DNA of 64,000 nt from Acidilobaceae archaeon. GTDB taxonomy: Archaea > Thermoproteota > Thermoprotei_A > Sulfolobales > Acidilobaceae. The position numbers and the translations under genes were made by a program. This document shows, piece by piece, positions 1-8,613 of this stretch (its first letter is position 1; every line of letters begins with the position of its first letter). Under the pieces are notes generated by a model that saw nothing but the letters and a program-made list of their open reading frames with translations, was not told the DNA's origin and searched no databases. Where the stretch lies: NCBI GenBank assembly GCA_038897215.1, contig JAWAWX010000001.1, positions 640,001-704,000 on the forward strand, written 5' to 3'.

Positions 1-321
1 CATCTGCCCTACAGTGAGAGGCTTACCGGTCTCACAGTCTAGCTCTTTTGACTCTCCAGCTCCTATCACTATATTGACATCACATTTTCCTACTCCGACT
101 ACCTCTATTCTAACTACCTTGGATGCTGCTGTTCCATCGTTCTTGACTAGGAGTTCTACAGTGCCATCGTTGTAGAGTCTAGCGTAGCTTATCTTTAGCC
201 TCTCTCCTCCTCCTAGCCCACCCCAGATGCCCATTACCCAGGCTCCTACGGCTAGAGCTATGGCTATGGTTACAGCGATCAGGATTACTGTGGCGATTAC
301 GGGGCTTATTCCTCTACGCAC
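1..321 (-). CDS. Archaeal type IV pilin (partial, runs off left edge); not in ORF track
   Basis: Hand translation from GTG at 321: MRRG|ISPVIATVILIAVTIAIALAVGAW..., a class III signal peptide plus hydrophobic helix; GAGGTGA SD just upstream; open to position 1. Confidence 0.9.
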   Translation of the reverse strand, partial: MRRGISPVIATVILIAVTIAIALAVGAWVMGIWGGLGGGERLKISYARLYNDGTVELLVKNDGTAASKVVRIEVVGVGKCDVNIVIGAGESKELDCETGKPLTVGQM

Positions 322-411
322 GGCGTGTCACCTCAGCCCTGTTCCTAGTACTGGTTTCTCTTTGCTTCTGCTTAGTTTTTGCGTCTTAGATCGGCTAGAA
401 TCCGTGTTCTC

Positions 412-424
412 CCTTATATATACT
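412..424 (-). promoter_or_regulatory. Putative TATA box for the pilin gene
   Basis: GTATATATAAGG on minus strand ~95 nt upstream of the pilin start. Confidence 0.45.
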
Positions 425-458
425 ATTCTGAGTGATCGATCGCTCTGGATCCAGCTGT

Positions 459-1067
459 CTAGCCCGTGACGTATACCCGGGCTGATGCTAGGTGGGGTGT
501 GTTGTTTATGTAGGCTATGATGGCTATGGTTACTGGCCCCTTGGGGGCTTCTACGTAGAGAGTTCTCGAGGCTCCAGGCTTGAGTAGGAGTGACGCGGCT
601 GGAGCGAGAGTGCTGGGGACGCCTGCTTCTCCGAGAGTGTACCCTTCAGCCGTAGCCACTCTAGACAAGTCTATCCAGCCGGGGGGCTCTGGCTGGGAGG
701 GGCAGGGGGGGACTTGTATCAGGCCGTCCACGGACTTGAGTATAGCGAGTCTAGCTAGCGCTCCCTGGCTCACGCTAGCCCCAGTCTCCGTTAGGGCTCC
801 TGGCACCACGGCTATGGTTATGTAGAGCTCGCTCTGCCCCATGTTGACGACCTCTACTATCATGCAAGCCTGGTCACCGCTAGAGCTAGCGTAGACTAGG
901 ACGAGGTCTATGCTCGAAGAGACTAGGCTCAGGTAGGATACTCGGGCTCTCTCGCTGGCCAGCCAGGACTGCTGGGAGACAGCGTAGGCGAAGAGAGCCA
1001 GCCCTAGAGCTAGAGTCACAGCCACAAGTATGACAACAGCCACTACGTCTGACTGGCCTCTAGCCAA
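459..1067 (-). CDS. Pilin-like protein (class III signal peptide)
   Basis: MARG|QSDVVAVVILVAVTLALG prepilin motif. Confidence 0.8.
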   Translation of the reverse strand: MARGQSDVVAVVILVAVTLALGLALFAYAVSQQSWLASERARVSYLSLVSSSIDLVLVYASSSGDQACMIVEVVNMGQSELYITIAVVPGALTETGASVSQGALARLAILKSVDGLIQVPPCPSQPEPPGWIDLSRVATAEGYTLGEAGVPSTLAPAASLLLKPGASRTLYVEAPKGPVTIAIIAYINNTPHLASARVYVTG

Positions 1068-1188
1068 AGCCCTCCCAGTACTCTACTCTAGGAGTGGCGC
1101 TAATTAGTGCTGGATAAGACCTCTCGGCTCTTACTATTAATCGCTAAGATATTATCCTCGAGTTCTACCACCGATTACCGGGAGTAGA

Positions 1189-2946
1189 GTGAAGAAGGCT
1201 CAATCGGAAGCGATCGGAGGAGCCTTAGTGCTAGCCATAGTGATCCTGATCATGATACCCCTGCTTCTAGGCATGTTTGTCGAGACGCAGAGAGGGGTAG
1301 AGAGGTACAAGCACGTAGCATCATTCCAAGCGGAGAGGCTAGCCGAGAAGATCCTAGTAGACTGGGTGCCGGTGCTCGACGAGAGATACCCTGGCTTCTG
1401 GGTGAACAACACGGGCACGGTCGCGGTAGAGCTCCGCACGCTATTCCTCATAGACACGGCATCCCACAAGATACTCTACGCGGTCAACCTGACAGAGTAC
1501 ACTCCGTGGGTAGAAGGAGGCCCCATCGTGAGCATAGTGCTCTTCCCCGAGGTCCGCAGGCACCTGGGAGGGAGGCTCGTGCTCAACCCCGGGGAGGCAG
1601 CGTTCTTCCACCTCGACGGGAGCAAGAGTGAGCTCCGCAGAGTCACAGTCTCAGCGGTCATACTCTCCGGAAGAGGAGTCCTACACCCCACGGGAGGAGC
1701 GGGCTTCGACAGGAGGCTAATCCCCCCGCTCTCGGAGACAGGGCGAGCTACAACAGCGGTGATGCTAGAGCCCAGAATAGTCTTCCTGAACTTCACTAGA
1801 CTCCAAGACCTCCTAAGCCCAGAGTCACCCATAGAGCTCGCTAGCAGAGGGTACTTCAGCAGAGTAAACCCCACAGTAGGAGTAGTAGTCTACGATAGCG
1901 GAGGAGGCCAATACGCGTACGTCGTCGTAGAAGAGCGCAGCAACCACAACGTCAACATAGAGCTGAGAGCCCCAACCCCCTTCACCGCGGTCATAGGCCG
2001 AGCTCCGGGCTCGCAGGATAGATACAACATCCTCCTCACATACCGAACTGGTGCTGGAACACCAGTGAATCCTTATGTGTGGCATAGGGTTAGGATAGAG
2101 GGGCTGACGGTCTCGTCCTTCTCGTTCCAGTACAGTAGTAGCGATGGCTACGTGAACGTCAACACGCAGAACATAGAGGAGGCTCTGGGGTTCTGGTACT
2201 ACGCTAACACCGAAGGTATTCTAGCGCAGCCCGGAGCAAGGCTATCGATAACCGGCAGTATCCGCATAGTAGGGGTAGCGGAGAAGTACGTAGTCTACAG
2301 GCTTCAAGCAACTAGCAGCGGCCAGGTTATGAGTAGCTATGAGCCCTTCGTGTTCGTAGCTGACACTGACGGGAACGGGTACGGCGAAGTCATAATAATC
2401 ACTGAAGACTACGTGTGGGGCACAGTCAACCCGCCTGATGTAAAGTGTAGTGTCGACGAGGGAGGCAGCATCCTAGCCTACTCTGCCTTCATCTCCGGAG
2501 GCAGAATAACCTACAACCCGTGGCACCCGCTGGGAGGGTTCACGTTTAGGCTGAAGGGCGTAGTCTTAGACCCCAGGAAGGTTATCGGTGTCTACGTTAT
2601 GGCTAGAGTCTACTATCACGACACGGAGCTCGGAGGCATCGGCGACTGCGTGATAACGCCGTACCCCATACTCAGATTCCTCCTAGTAGACGATAACTGG
2701 AATGTGCTAGCATTCAAGGACGTGACCTACAACGAGCTCGTAGCTCTAGCCTCAGAGAACACCTGGCCTCCTAACAGGCAGTACGTCTTCGTATCAGCTA
2801 CTCTAGCAGTCCCCGTTACGGACGCTCAGAGACTCTACGTGGCGGTATCTCTCATAGACCCGTTTAGAGGAGTGGGGAGAGACGACTTAGACTTGACTCT
2901 TGGAGTCGAGATCATCGGAGTGATACCCTACGTGAGAGGAGACTGA
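1189..2946 (+). CDS. Large minor pilin / adhesin-like protein
   Basis: MKKA|QSEAIGGALVLAIVIL class III signal; pilin-like VNNTG motif; long beta-rich C-terminal region with DTDGNG possible Ca-binding loop. Confidence 0.75.
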   Translation: MKKAQSEAIGGALVLAIVILIMIPLLLGMFVETQRGVERYKHVASFQAERLAEKILVDWVPVLDERYPGFWVNNTGTVAVELRTLFLIDTASHKILYAVNLTEYTPWVEGGPIVSIVLFPEVRRHLGGRLVLNPGEAAFFHLDGSKSELRRVTVSAVILSGRGVLHPTGGAGFDRRLIPPLSETGRATTAVMLEPRIVFLNFTRLQDLLSPESPIELASRGYFSRVNPTVGVVVYDSGGGQYAYVVVEERSNHNVNIELRAPTPFTAVIGRAPGSQDRYNILLTYRTGAGTPVNPYVWHRVRIEGLTVSSFSFQYSSSDGYVNVNTQNIEEALGFWYYANTEGILAQPGARLSITGSIRIVGVAEKYVVYRLQATSSGQVMSSYEPFVFVADTDGNGYGEVIIITEDYVWGTVNPPDVKCSVDEGGSILAYSAFISGGRITYNPWHPLGGFTFRLKGVVLDPRKVIGVYVMARVYYHDTELGGIGDCVITPYPILRFLLVDDNWNVLAFKDVTYNELVALASENTWPPNRQYVFVSATLAVPVTDAQRLYVAVSLIDPFRGVGRDDLDLTLGVEIIGVIPYVRGD

Positions 2947-3512
2947 TAGCAGGCTCTCGAGGCTATGGCTTTAGCGTAGGCGGGAGCGCAGGAGGCTAGA
3001 GTCCCCCGATTCTCTAGAGTGACTCTGATTATGGGGGCTCTCGCTACTAGAGCCTCGTATATGCTAGGGTGAGTCTCGCGGAGTCTTCTATGGACTACGG
3101 CTACGTAGAGTCTGCCCGACTCCACGGCCTTCTCCAGAGCTCTCCTCAGCTCCTCTACGAGGAGCTCCATTGGCCCGATCTCGTCTACTGCCACGACCTG
3201 GCACTCTCTGAGAGCTCTCTCCAGAGCCCTGACCCCTACTCTCACAGCGTCCTCCTCCACGACAGCGTACCTCCCCACTCTAACCCTCCCAGGAGCTCCG
3301 GCTCTAGCCAGCCACCCCTCCTCCCCCGTGGCCAAGTCCACTATCCTGAAGCCCACTCTCGAGCCCCCCACTCTGACCTCGGGAGCGCTGAAGCCCCCCA
3401 CGCTGCAGCCGAGAGAGCGGAGCTCAGCGACAACCTTGGAGAATATCGTGCTCTTCCCGACCCCGGGCTCTCCCGTCAGGTACAGCCTCCCCCATGGGAG
3501 AGAGCACTCCAC
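2928..3512 (-). CDS. Nucleoside triphosphatase (THEP1/NTPase_1 family)
   Basis: TGEPGVGKST Walker A, VGRY and DEIGPMEL family motifs. Confidence 0.9.
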   Translation of the reverse strand: MECSLPWGRLYLTGEPGVGKSTIFSKVVAELRSLGCSVGGFSAPEVRVGGSRVGFRIVDLATGEEGWLARAGAPGRVRVGRYAVVEEDAVRVGVRALERALRECQVVAVDEIGPMELLVEELRRALEKAVESGRLYVAVVHRRLRETHPSIYEALVARAPIIRVTLENRGTLASCAPAYAKAIASRACYQSPLT

Positions 3513-3592
3513 GAGAGCCCCCTCGAGCTGCTGTGAGGTCGAGTAAAGGCTAATTACGTGGCGCTCAGAGTATATCCAGGCTGGGGGAGGTC

Positions 3593-5197
3593 TTGAGCCA
3601 GCCTCTGGGCTACGTCGTCAAGTCTCTGGACCACCGTACGGCTATAGCTGTGTCACGAAACCCTCTACCCGTGGGCGAGTACGTCTCAGCATCCTTCACT
3701 GTAGACGACCCGATGAGGGGAGAGAAAGAGATCTCGACTCTGGCACTAGTCTCCGTAACCTCCTACCTCCCGCTAGTCCCTGAGAGCGTGCTGAGATTCG
3801 TCGGGCCAGAGTCTAAGCCTAAGACTCCCTCTCTGAAGTACACAGAGTCCACTCTCTACGTCGTAGCCCAGGTAGACAAAGAGACCGAGCAGGCAGAGCC
3901 CCCCAGGTACCCGATACCTCCAGACACCCCCCTGGAGCCAGCTAGCAGAGAGCTGCTATCAGCAGTCTACGGGAGCAAGACCGGTATCGTGAGGATCGGT
4001 CTTCTAGCTCCCAGAGAGCTGGGGGTAGAGGTGAGGATAGACCCGAACAAGCTCGCTAAACACCTCTTCATAGCTGGAGCCACGGGGTCCGGTAAGAGCA
4101 ACACTGTAGCTATACTAGCCGATAGACTATCCAGGATGGGGGCTCCGGTCATAATCTTCGACGTCCACGGAGAGTACTCGCTAACCCCCGAGGACGGAAA
4201 TACAAGCAGAGTCGTCAGAGTGAACGCTAAGATCAACCCTCTAGCGATACCGCCTAGAATGATGGCCTCGATAATAATCCCAGAAGCGCAAGCACGCAGA
4301 CAGAGGAGAGCACTCTCGATAGCTCTCAGAAACCTCAAGAAGAAGATACAAGAGGAGAAGGAGAAAGAGAAGCTCTCCACAGAGGAGGCTGTAGTAAAGC
4401 TCTATGAGAAAACCAGGTCGGTGCGGAGAGAAGAAGAGGACGAGGAGGAACTCTCCTGGGGCCCTCAGCTGCCAATACAGCTCTTCAAAGAGCTCCTGAT
4501 AAGAGAGGTGTTCTCTCTAGCCAGCAGAGGAGTGATCGATGGAAAGCAGAGAGACACAGTCATAGACAAGGTCGAGGAGTTCTTCGAGTACACTCCTCTA
4601 ACTCTACAAGAGGACCCAGTAGTGGAGAGAGCTAGACGCGGGTCTATAGTCGTAGTCGACTCCTCAGAGCTCTCAGACGAGCAGAGAAGGTGGGTCTTGA
4701 AGATTCTAGCGGACTCAGTCCTCAACAAACTGAAGGAGGCGAGAGGCTCGCAGTCCATAGTCTTAGTCGTAGAGGAGGCTCCACTGTTCCTGGATTCGTG
4801 GCTCCAACACCCGGTCAAAGACAGCTTGCAGAGGCTAGCTAGAGAAGGGAGAAAGTTTGGAGCATGCCTAATCGTCGTTAGCCAAAGGCCGAGGAATCTC
4901 GATTTAAACGTCGTCAGCCAGCTCCAGAACTTCGTCTTCCTCAGGATGGTTCAGCTAGACGACATTAGGGTTGTAGCCAACGCTGCCGACTCTCTAGACG
5001 AGAAGCTAGCATCAATCATCCCAAGCCTCCCCGACGGCAGAGCGATAGTGATGGGGGAGTGGCTGGGCAGATTCCCAGCTCTAGTAGACATAGACCTGCA
5101 TAGAGGCAAGAGAGTTGGAGCAACGCCAAACCTCGTGGAGCTCTGGGCTAGCGGAGAGCCTAGAGGAGTTGAGAGTCTTCCAGTAGAGCCCTTCTAG
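3593..5197 (+). CDS. herA: HerA-family ATPase/helicase (DUF87)
   Basis: N-terminal HAS-barrel-like region, HLFIAGATGSGKSNT, DVHGEY, VEEA Walker B, REGRKFG...SQRP. Confidence 0.85.
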   Translation: MSQPLGYVVKSLDHRTAIAVSRNPLPVGEYVSASFTVDDPMRGEKEISTLALVSVTSYLPLVPESVLRFVGPESKPKTPSLKYTESTLYVVAQVDKETEQAEPPRYPIPPDTPLEPASRELLSAVYGSKTGIVRIGLLAPRELGVEVRIDPNKLAKHLFIAGATGSGKSNTVAILADRLSRMGAPVIIFDVHGEYSLTPEDGNTSRVVRVNAKINPLAIPPRMMASIIIPEAQARRQRRALSIALRNLKKKIQEEKEKEKLSTEEAVVKLYEKTRSVRREEEDEEELSWGPQLPIQLFKELLIREVFSLASRGVIDGKQRDTVIDKVEEFFEYTPLTLQEDPVVERARRGSIVVVDSSELSDEQRRWVLKILADSVLNKLKEARGSQSIVLVVEEAPLFLDSWLQHPVKDSLQRLAREGRKFGACLIVVSQRPRNLDLNVVSQLQNFVFLRMVQLDDIRVVANAADSLDEKLASIIPSLPDGRAIVMGEWLGRFPALVDIDLHRGKRVGATPNLVELWASGEPRGVESLPVEPF

Positions 5198-5247
5198 AAC
5201 TAGTTTAAAACACTCGCTCAGCCTACTCCCTCAGCGGTTGGTGCTGA

Positions 5248-6771
5248 TTGAGCAAAGTCTTAGTGCTAGACCTGGGAGGGCAGTACGCGCACCTGCTGGC
5301 TAGGAGGCTTAGAGAGCTGGGAGCTTACAGCGAGCTTTTGCCAGTAGCGTCGGCTAGCATCGAGGAGGTCTTAGATGAAGTAGAGGAATCAGACGCGGTA
5401 GTCTTCAGCGGGGTTCTCGAAGACTCTATCAGCGACGAGCTAGTCTCTCTAGCCAGGAGAGTCGTCGAGACCGGGAAGCCGGTACTGGCAGTCGGCTCAA
5501 GCCACCTGCTACTAGCTCTAGCACTAGGGGGGAGGGTCGGAGCCTCCCCTGTAGCAGAGTACGGGCCGGCTATTGTTGAACTCTCGGGAGAAGACCCTGT
5601 TCTCAGAGAGCTCCCGCGCAAGCTCAGAGTCTGGATGAGTCACAGCTACTCAGTCATAGAGCCTCCTCCGGGGAGTCTGGTTCTAGCCTCTAGCCCGGGT
5701 AGCCCCGTAGCAGCCTTCAGACTAGGCAGAGTCTACGGAGTCCACTGGCACCCCGAGGTGGCTCACAGCGAGCACGGCTCTACTCTCCTCTCCAGATGGC
5801 TCGACTACCACGGCATAGACAGGAGCTGGAGACCGGAGGATGTAGTGGAGAAGATAGTTGAGGAGCTGAGGAGAGAGCTAGCCGGAGCTCGCGTGATCTC
5901 AGCGGTAAGCGGGGGCGTGGACTCCACCACAGCGACTCTACTAGTCTACAGAGCAGTCGGGAACTCGCTCAGAGCAGTCATGATAGACCATGGCTTCCAC
6001 CCTATGGGCGAGCCCAGGAGGTCTTTTGAGATTCTCAGAGGCCTCGGCTTGAACGTTGTTCTCGTAGACGCTAGAGAGAGGTTCTTTAGAGAGCTCAGAG
6101 GAGTCGCTGACCCCGAGGAGAAGAGGAGAGTCTTCGGCAGAGTCTACGCTGAAATCCTGGCAGAGGAGGCTGAGAAGTGGGGAGCAGAGTACCTAGTCCA
6201 GGGGACTATCTACCCGGACGTGATAGAAAGCGGGGGCAGGCCTGGAGCTAGCCTCATAAAGACTCACCACAACGTAGCAGGGCTACCTAAAGACTTCAAG
6301 CTGAAGCTCGTAGAGCCTCTGAAGTGGTTCTACAAAGACGAGGTCAGGCGGATAGCTAGAGCTCTAGGAGTACCAGAGGAGATAGTGAGGAGGCAACCGG
6401 TCCCAGGCCCGTCACTCCTAGTCAGAGTAGAAGGCGAGGTCACTGAGGAGAAGGTGGAGATAGCTAGGAGAGCTAATGCCATCGTCAGAGAGGAGGTAGA
6501 GAGAGCAGGGCTAGGAGACAGGCTCTGGCAGTACTTCGCTATACTGACCTCCTCTAAAGCCACTGGAGTGAAGGGGGATAGGAGAGTCTACGGCTACGTC
6601 GTCGTAGTTAGAGCTGTGGAGAGCTCTGACGCAATGACGGCTTCAGCGGCGAGGCTACCCTGGGAGGTCTTGGAGAGAATAGCGTTAAGGATAACAAGCG
6701 AGGTCCCGGGAGTCTCTAGAGTAGTCTACGATATCACGAGCAAGCCTCCCGCAACGATAGAGTGGGAGTAG
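5248..6771 (+). CDS. guaA: GMP synthase (fused GATase + ATP pyrophosphatase); GATase nucleophile Cys absent
   Basis: SGGVDS, QGTIYPDVIES, IKTHHNV, YDITSKPPATIEWE; GATase HPEV retained but PVLAVGSSH replaces PxLGICxGxQ. Confidence 0.95.
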   Translation: MSKVLVLDLGGQYAHLLARRLRELGAYSELLPVASASIEEVLDEVEESDAVVFSGVLEDSISDELVSLARRVVETGKPVLAVGSSHLLLALALGGRVGASPVAEYGPAIVELSGEDPVLRELPRKLRVWMSHSYSVIEPPPGSLVLASSPGSPVAAFRLGRVYGVHWHPEVAHSEHGSTLLSRWLDYHGIDRSWRPEDVVEKIVEELRRELAGARVISAVSGGVDSTTATLLVYRAVGNSLRAVMIDHGFHPMGEPRRSFEILRGLGLNVVLVDARERFFRELRGVADPEEKRRVFGRVYAEILAEEAEKWGAEYLVQGTIYPDVIESGGRPGASLIKTHHNVAGLPKDFKLKLVEPLKWFYKDEVRRIARALGVPEEIVRRQPVPGPSLLVRVEGEVTEEKVEIARRANAIVREEVERAGLGDRLWQYFAILTSSKATGVKGDRRVYGYVVVVRAVESSDAMTASAARLPWEVLERIALRITSEVPGVSRVVYDITSKPPATIEWE

Positions 6772-7059
6772 CTACCGTTCTCTAAGCTCATCCACATCGA
6801 TCTCTATCACTTGAGGCTCTCCGCTCTCTCCCCCCGCTCTCTCCCCGCTCCCCTCAGACCCTCCGGCTTTCAGCTTCTGGATTACGGCATTCCACGTGTT
6901 ACCGCACTCGGGGCAGAGAAATGCCCCCATCACTGTGACCGTTACTCTACCCTCTTTATCGGGGATTGGCGAGACTAGAGTCCAGGTTCTCAGAGGCCCT
7001 GGAGACCTGGCTCCACACCGGGGGCACTCTGATGGAGGAGCCTTTCTCCCCTTAGGCAA
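6772..7059 (-). CDS. Cren7-like zinc-ribbon chromatin protein
   Basis: CPRCG...TWTLVSP...VTVMGAFLCPECG matches the Cren7 W-x-L-x-P...G-x-F-x-x-P pattern, with two CxxC pairs. Confidence 0.65.
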   Translation of the reverse strand: MPKGRKAPPSECPRCGARSPGPLRTWTLVSPIPDKEGRVTVTVMGAFLCPECGNTWNAVIQKLKAGGSEGSGERAGGESGEPQVIEIDVDELRER

Positions 7060-7882
7060 CAGTTCTCCACCTCAGCTCGTAGCCCTCCAAGGGCTCTACT
7101 ACGATGCTATATGAGGGAGACAGCTCTTTAAGAGCTACTCTCAGCCTCTCTATGAGCCTCCCTAGTCTCTCTAAGCCTGCTCTACTTGCTAGAGGCATGT
7201 CTACAACCAGGCTTATGGAGTCTACTCCCACCTCGTAGACTAGTACTCTAGGTTTGGCTGAAGCGTTCATAGATAGGTCTCTCATCACTCCTCCTAGAGA
7301 CTCGACTAGAGAATCGATCACCCTCTGAGCGCTAGCCTCAGGGTCTAGATTCCAGAGCTTTATGTTAAGCCTTACCGCTGTAGCCTCTCCCGATATGAGA
7401 GCAGGCGTGTTCAGAAACCTAGAGTTGGGTATAGTGTAGACTCCTCCAGAAGTCTTCACTATGACATGCGTTGGGGTTATATCAGCGATCTCTCCGTGAG
7501 CTCCATCCGGTAACACTATCTGAGTCCCTCTTGTCAGCAGGCTCTGAGCCGCTATCGCGTAGTAGGCTATAACATTCGAGATTACTGGCGTGAGCGAGAG
7601 CGAGATGACGCCGATTAAGGCGACGAACATAGCCAAAAATATCAGAGAGTCTGTGATTAGGTAAAGGAGTACTAGTAGAGCTAGAGCCATCAAGAGGAAC
7701 GAGGAGGTCTCAGAGAGCTTTCTAGCACCCTCAGGCCCTAGAGTAGCTCTAGCTCCGGCTAGGAGGCCTCCTATCTTCCTGCCAAGCACGAGAGCCGAGA
7801 CTAGGGCAAGGACTCCTACGATTATGTCGAGTGACGCCTCGGCTAGCTTCTGTCTAAGAGCTTCTACTAGCTCTTCTAGCAA
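7052..7882 (-). CDS. MscS-family mechanosensitive channel
   Basis: Three N-terminal TM helices, ISNVIA, G-x-I-x-D-I and TIPNS motifs. Confidence 0.75.
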   Translation of the reverse strand: MLEELVEALRQKLAEASLDIIVGVLALVSALVLGRKIGGLLAGARATLGPEGARKLSETSSFLLMALALLVLLYLITDSLIFLAMFVALIGVISLSLTPVISNVIAYYAIAAQSLLTRGTQIVLPDGAHGEIADITPTHVIVKTSGGVYTIPNSRFLNTPALISGEATAVRLNIKLWNLDPEASAQRVIDSLVESLGGVMRDLSMNASAKPRVLVYEVGVDSISLVVDMPLASRAGLERLGRLIERLRVALKELSPSYSIVVEPLEGYELRWRTVA

Positions 7883-7891
7883 TCTATCACC

Positions 7892-8548
7892 TCAGAATAG
7901 CTTACTGTACTCCTCTATAGCCTCCTTCTTCACTAAGGCTATAACACTATCTCCCTCCTCTAGCACCACGGAGTCCTCGGGCTCGATTAAGTTGCTCTTC
8001 TTGAGTACAGCCAGGACTTTAGCGAACCTGCTCGCCTCTGCTTTCAGCTCTCTCAAATGCCTCCCTCTATACGGGCTTGTCTTAGTTACAGCTGAGGAGA
8101 CGAGAGCATAGCCTCCCGAGAGAGCCGGGACTATGGATAGGACTCTCTGAGACCCCTCGATCATAGCTTGGAGAGTGCTGGCCACTAGCTGAGGCCACAC
8201 CAGGACGCTCGTTATACCCATGAGTCTTGCTGCTTCAGCAACCTCCTGCCTTCCTAGAACCATGTAGACTCTCCTAATCCCCTTAGTCTTAGCTATAGCG
8301 CTAGCGTAGAGGCTCACTTCGTCTCTCTGCGTTACAACAACTACTACATCGTAGCTAAGAACGTCTATGCTATCGTAGAACTCGGGGTCTAGCACGTCTC
8401 CAGCGTAAGTCTCAACGTCGATACTCTCTCTTATCTTATCTAGCTCAGCTCTATCAGAGTCGACTACGGTAACCGAGTGGCCTTCTTCAGCAAGTCTCTC
8501 TGCCAGGTATCGCGCGATAAGATTAGCGCCTACGATCAGCACCTTCAC
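7892..8548 (-). CDS. trkA: TrkA-family RCK-domain protein
   Basis: TrkA-N Rossmann fold (degenerate GANLIA) plus TrkA-C (SPYRGRHL...LEEGD). Confidence 0.8.
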   Translation of the reverse strand: MKVLIVGANLIARYLAERLAEEGHSVTVVDSDRAELDKIRESIDVETYAGDVLDPEFYDSIDVLSYDVVVVVTQRDEVSLYASAIAKTKGIRRVYMVLGRQEVAEAARLMGITSVLVWPQLVASTLQAMIEGSQRVLSIVPALSGGYALVSSAVTKTSPYRGRHLRELKAEASRFAKVLAVLKKSNLIEPEDSVVLEEGDSVIALVKKEAIEEYSKLF

Positions 8549-8613
8549 GCTCCTCTACGCACCCCCGGCTATCTGAGGCTAGAGGAGGTAAATAGCCTGG
8601 GAGCCTCCTGACT

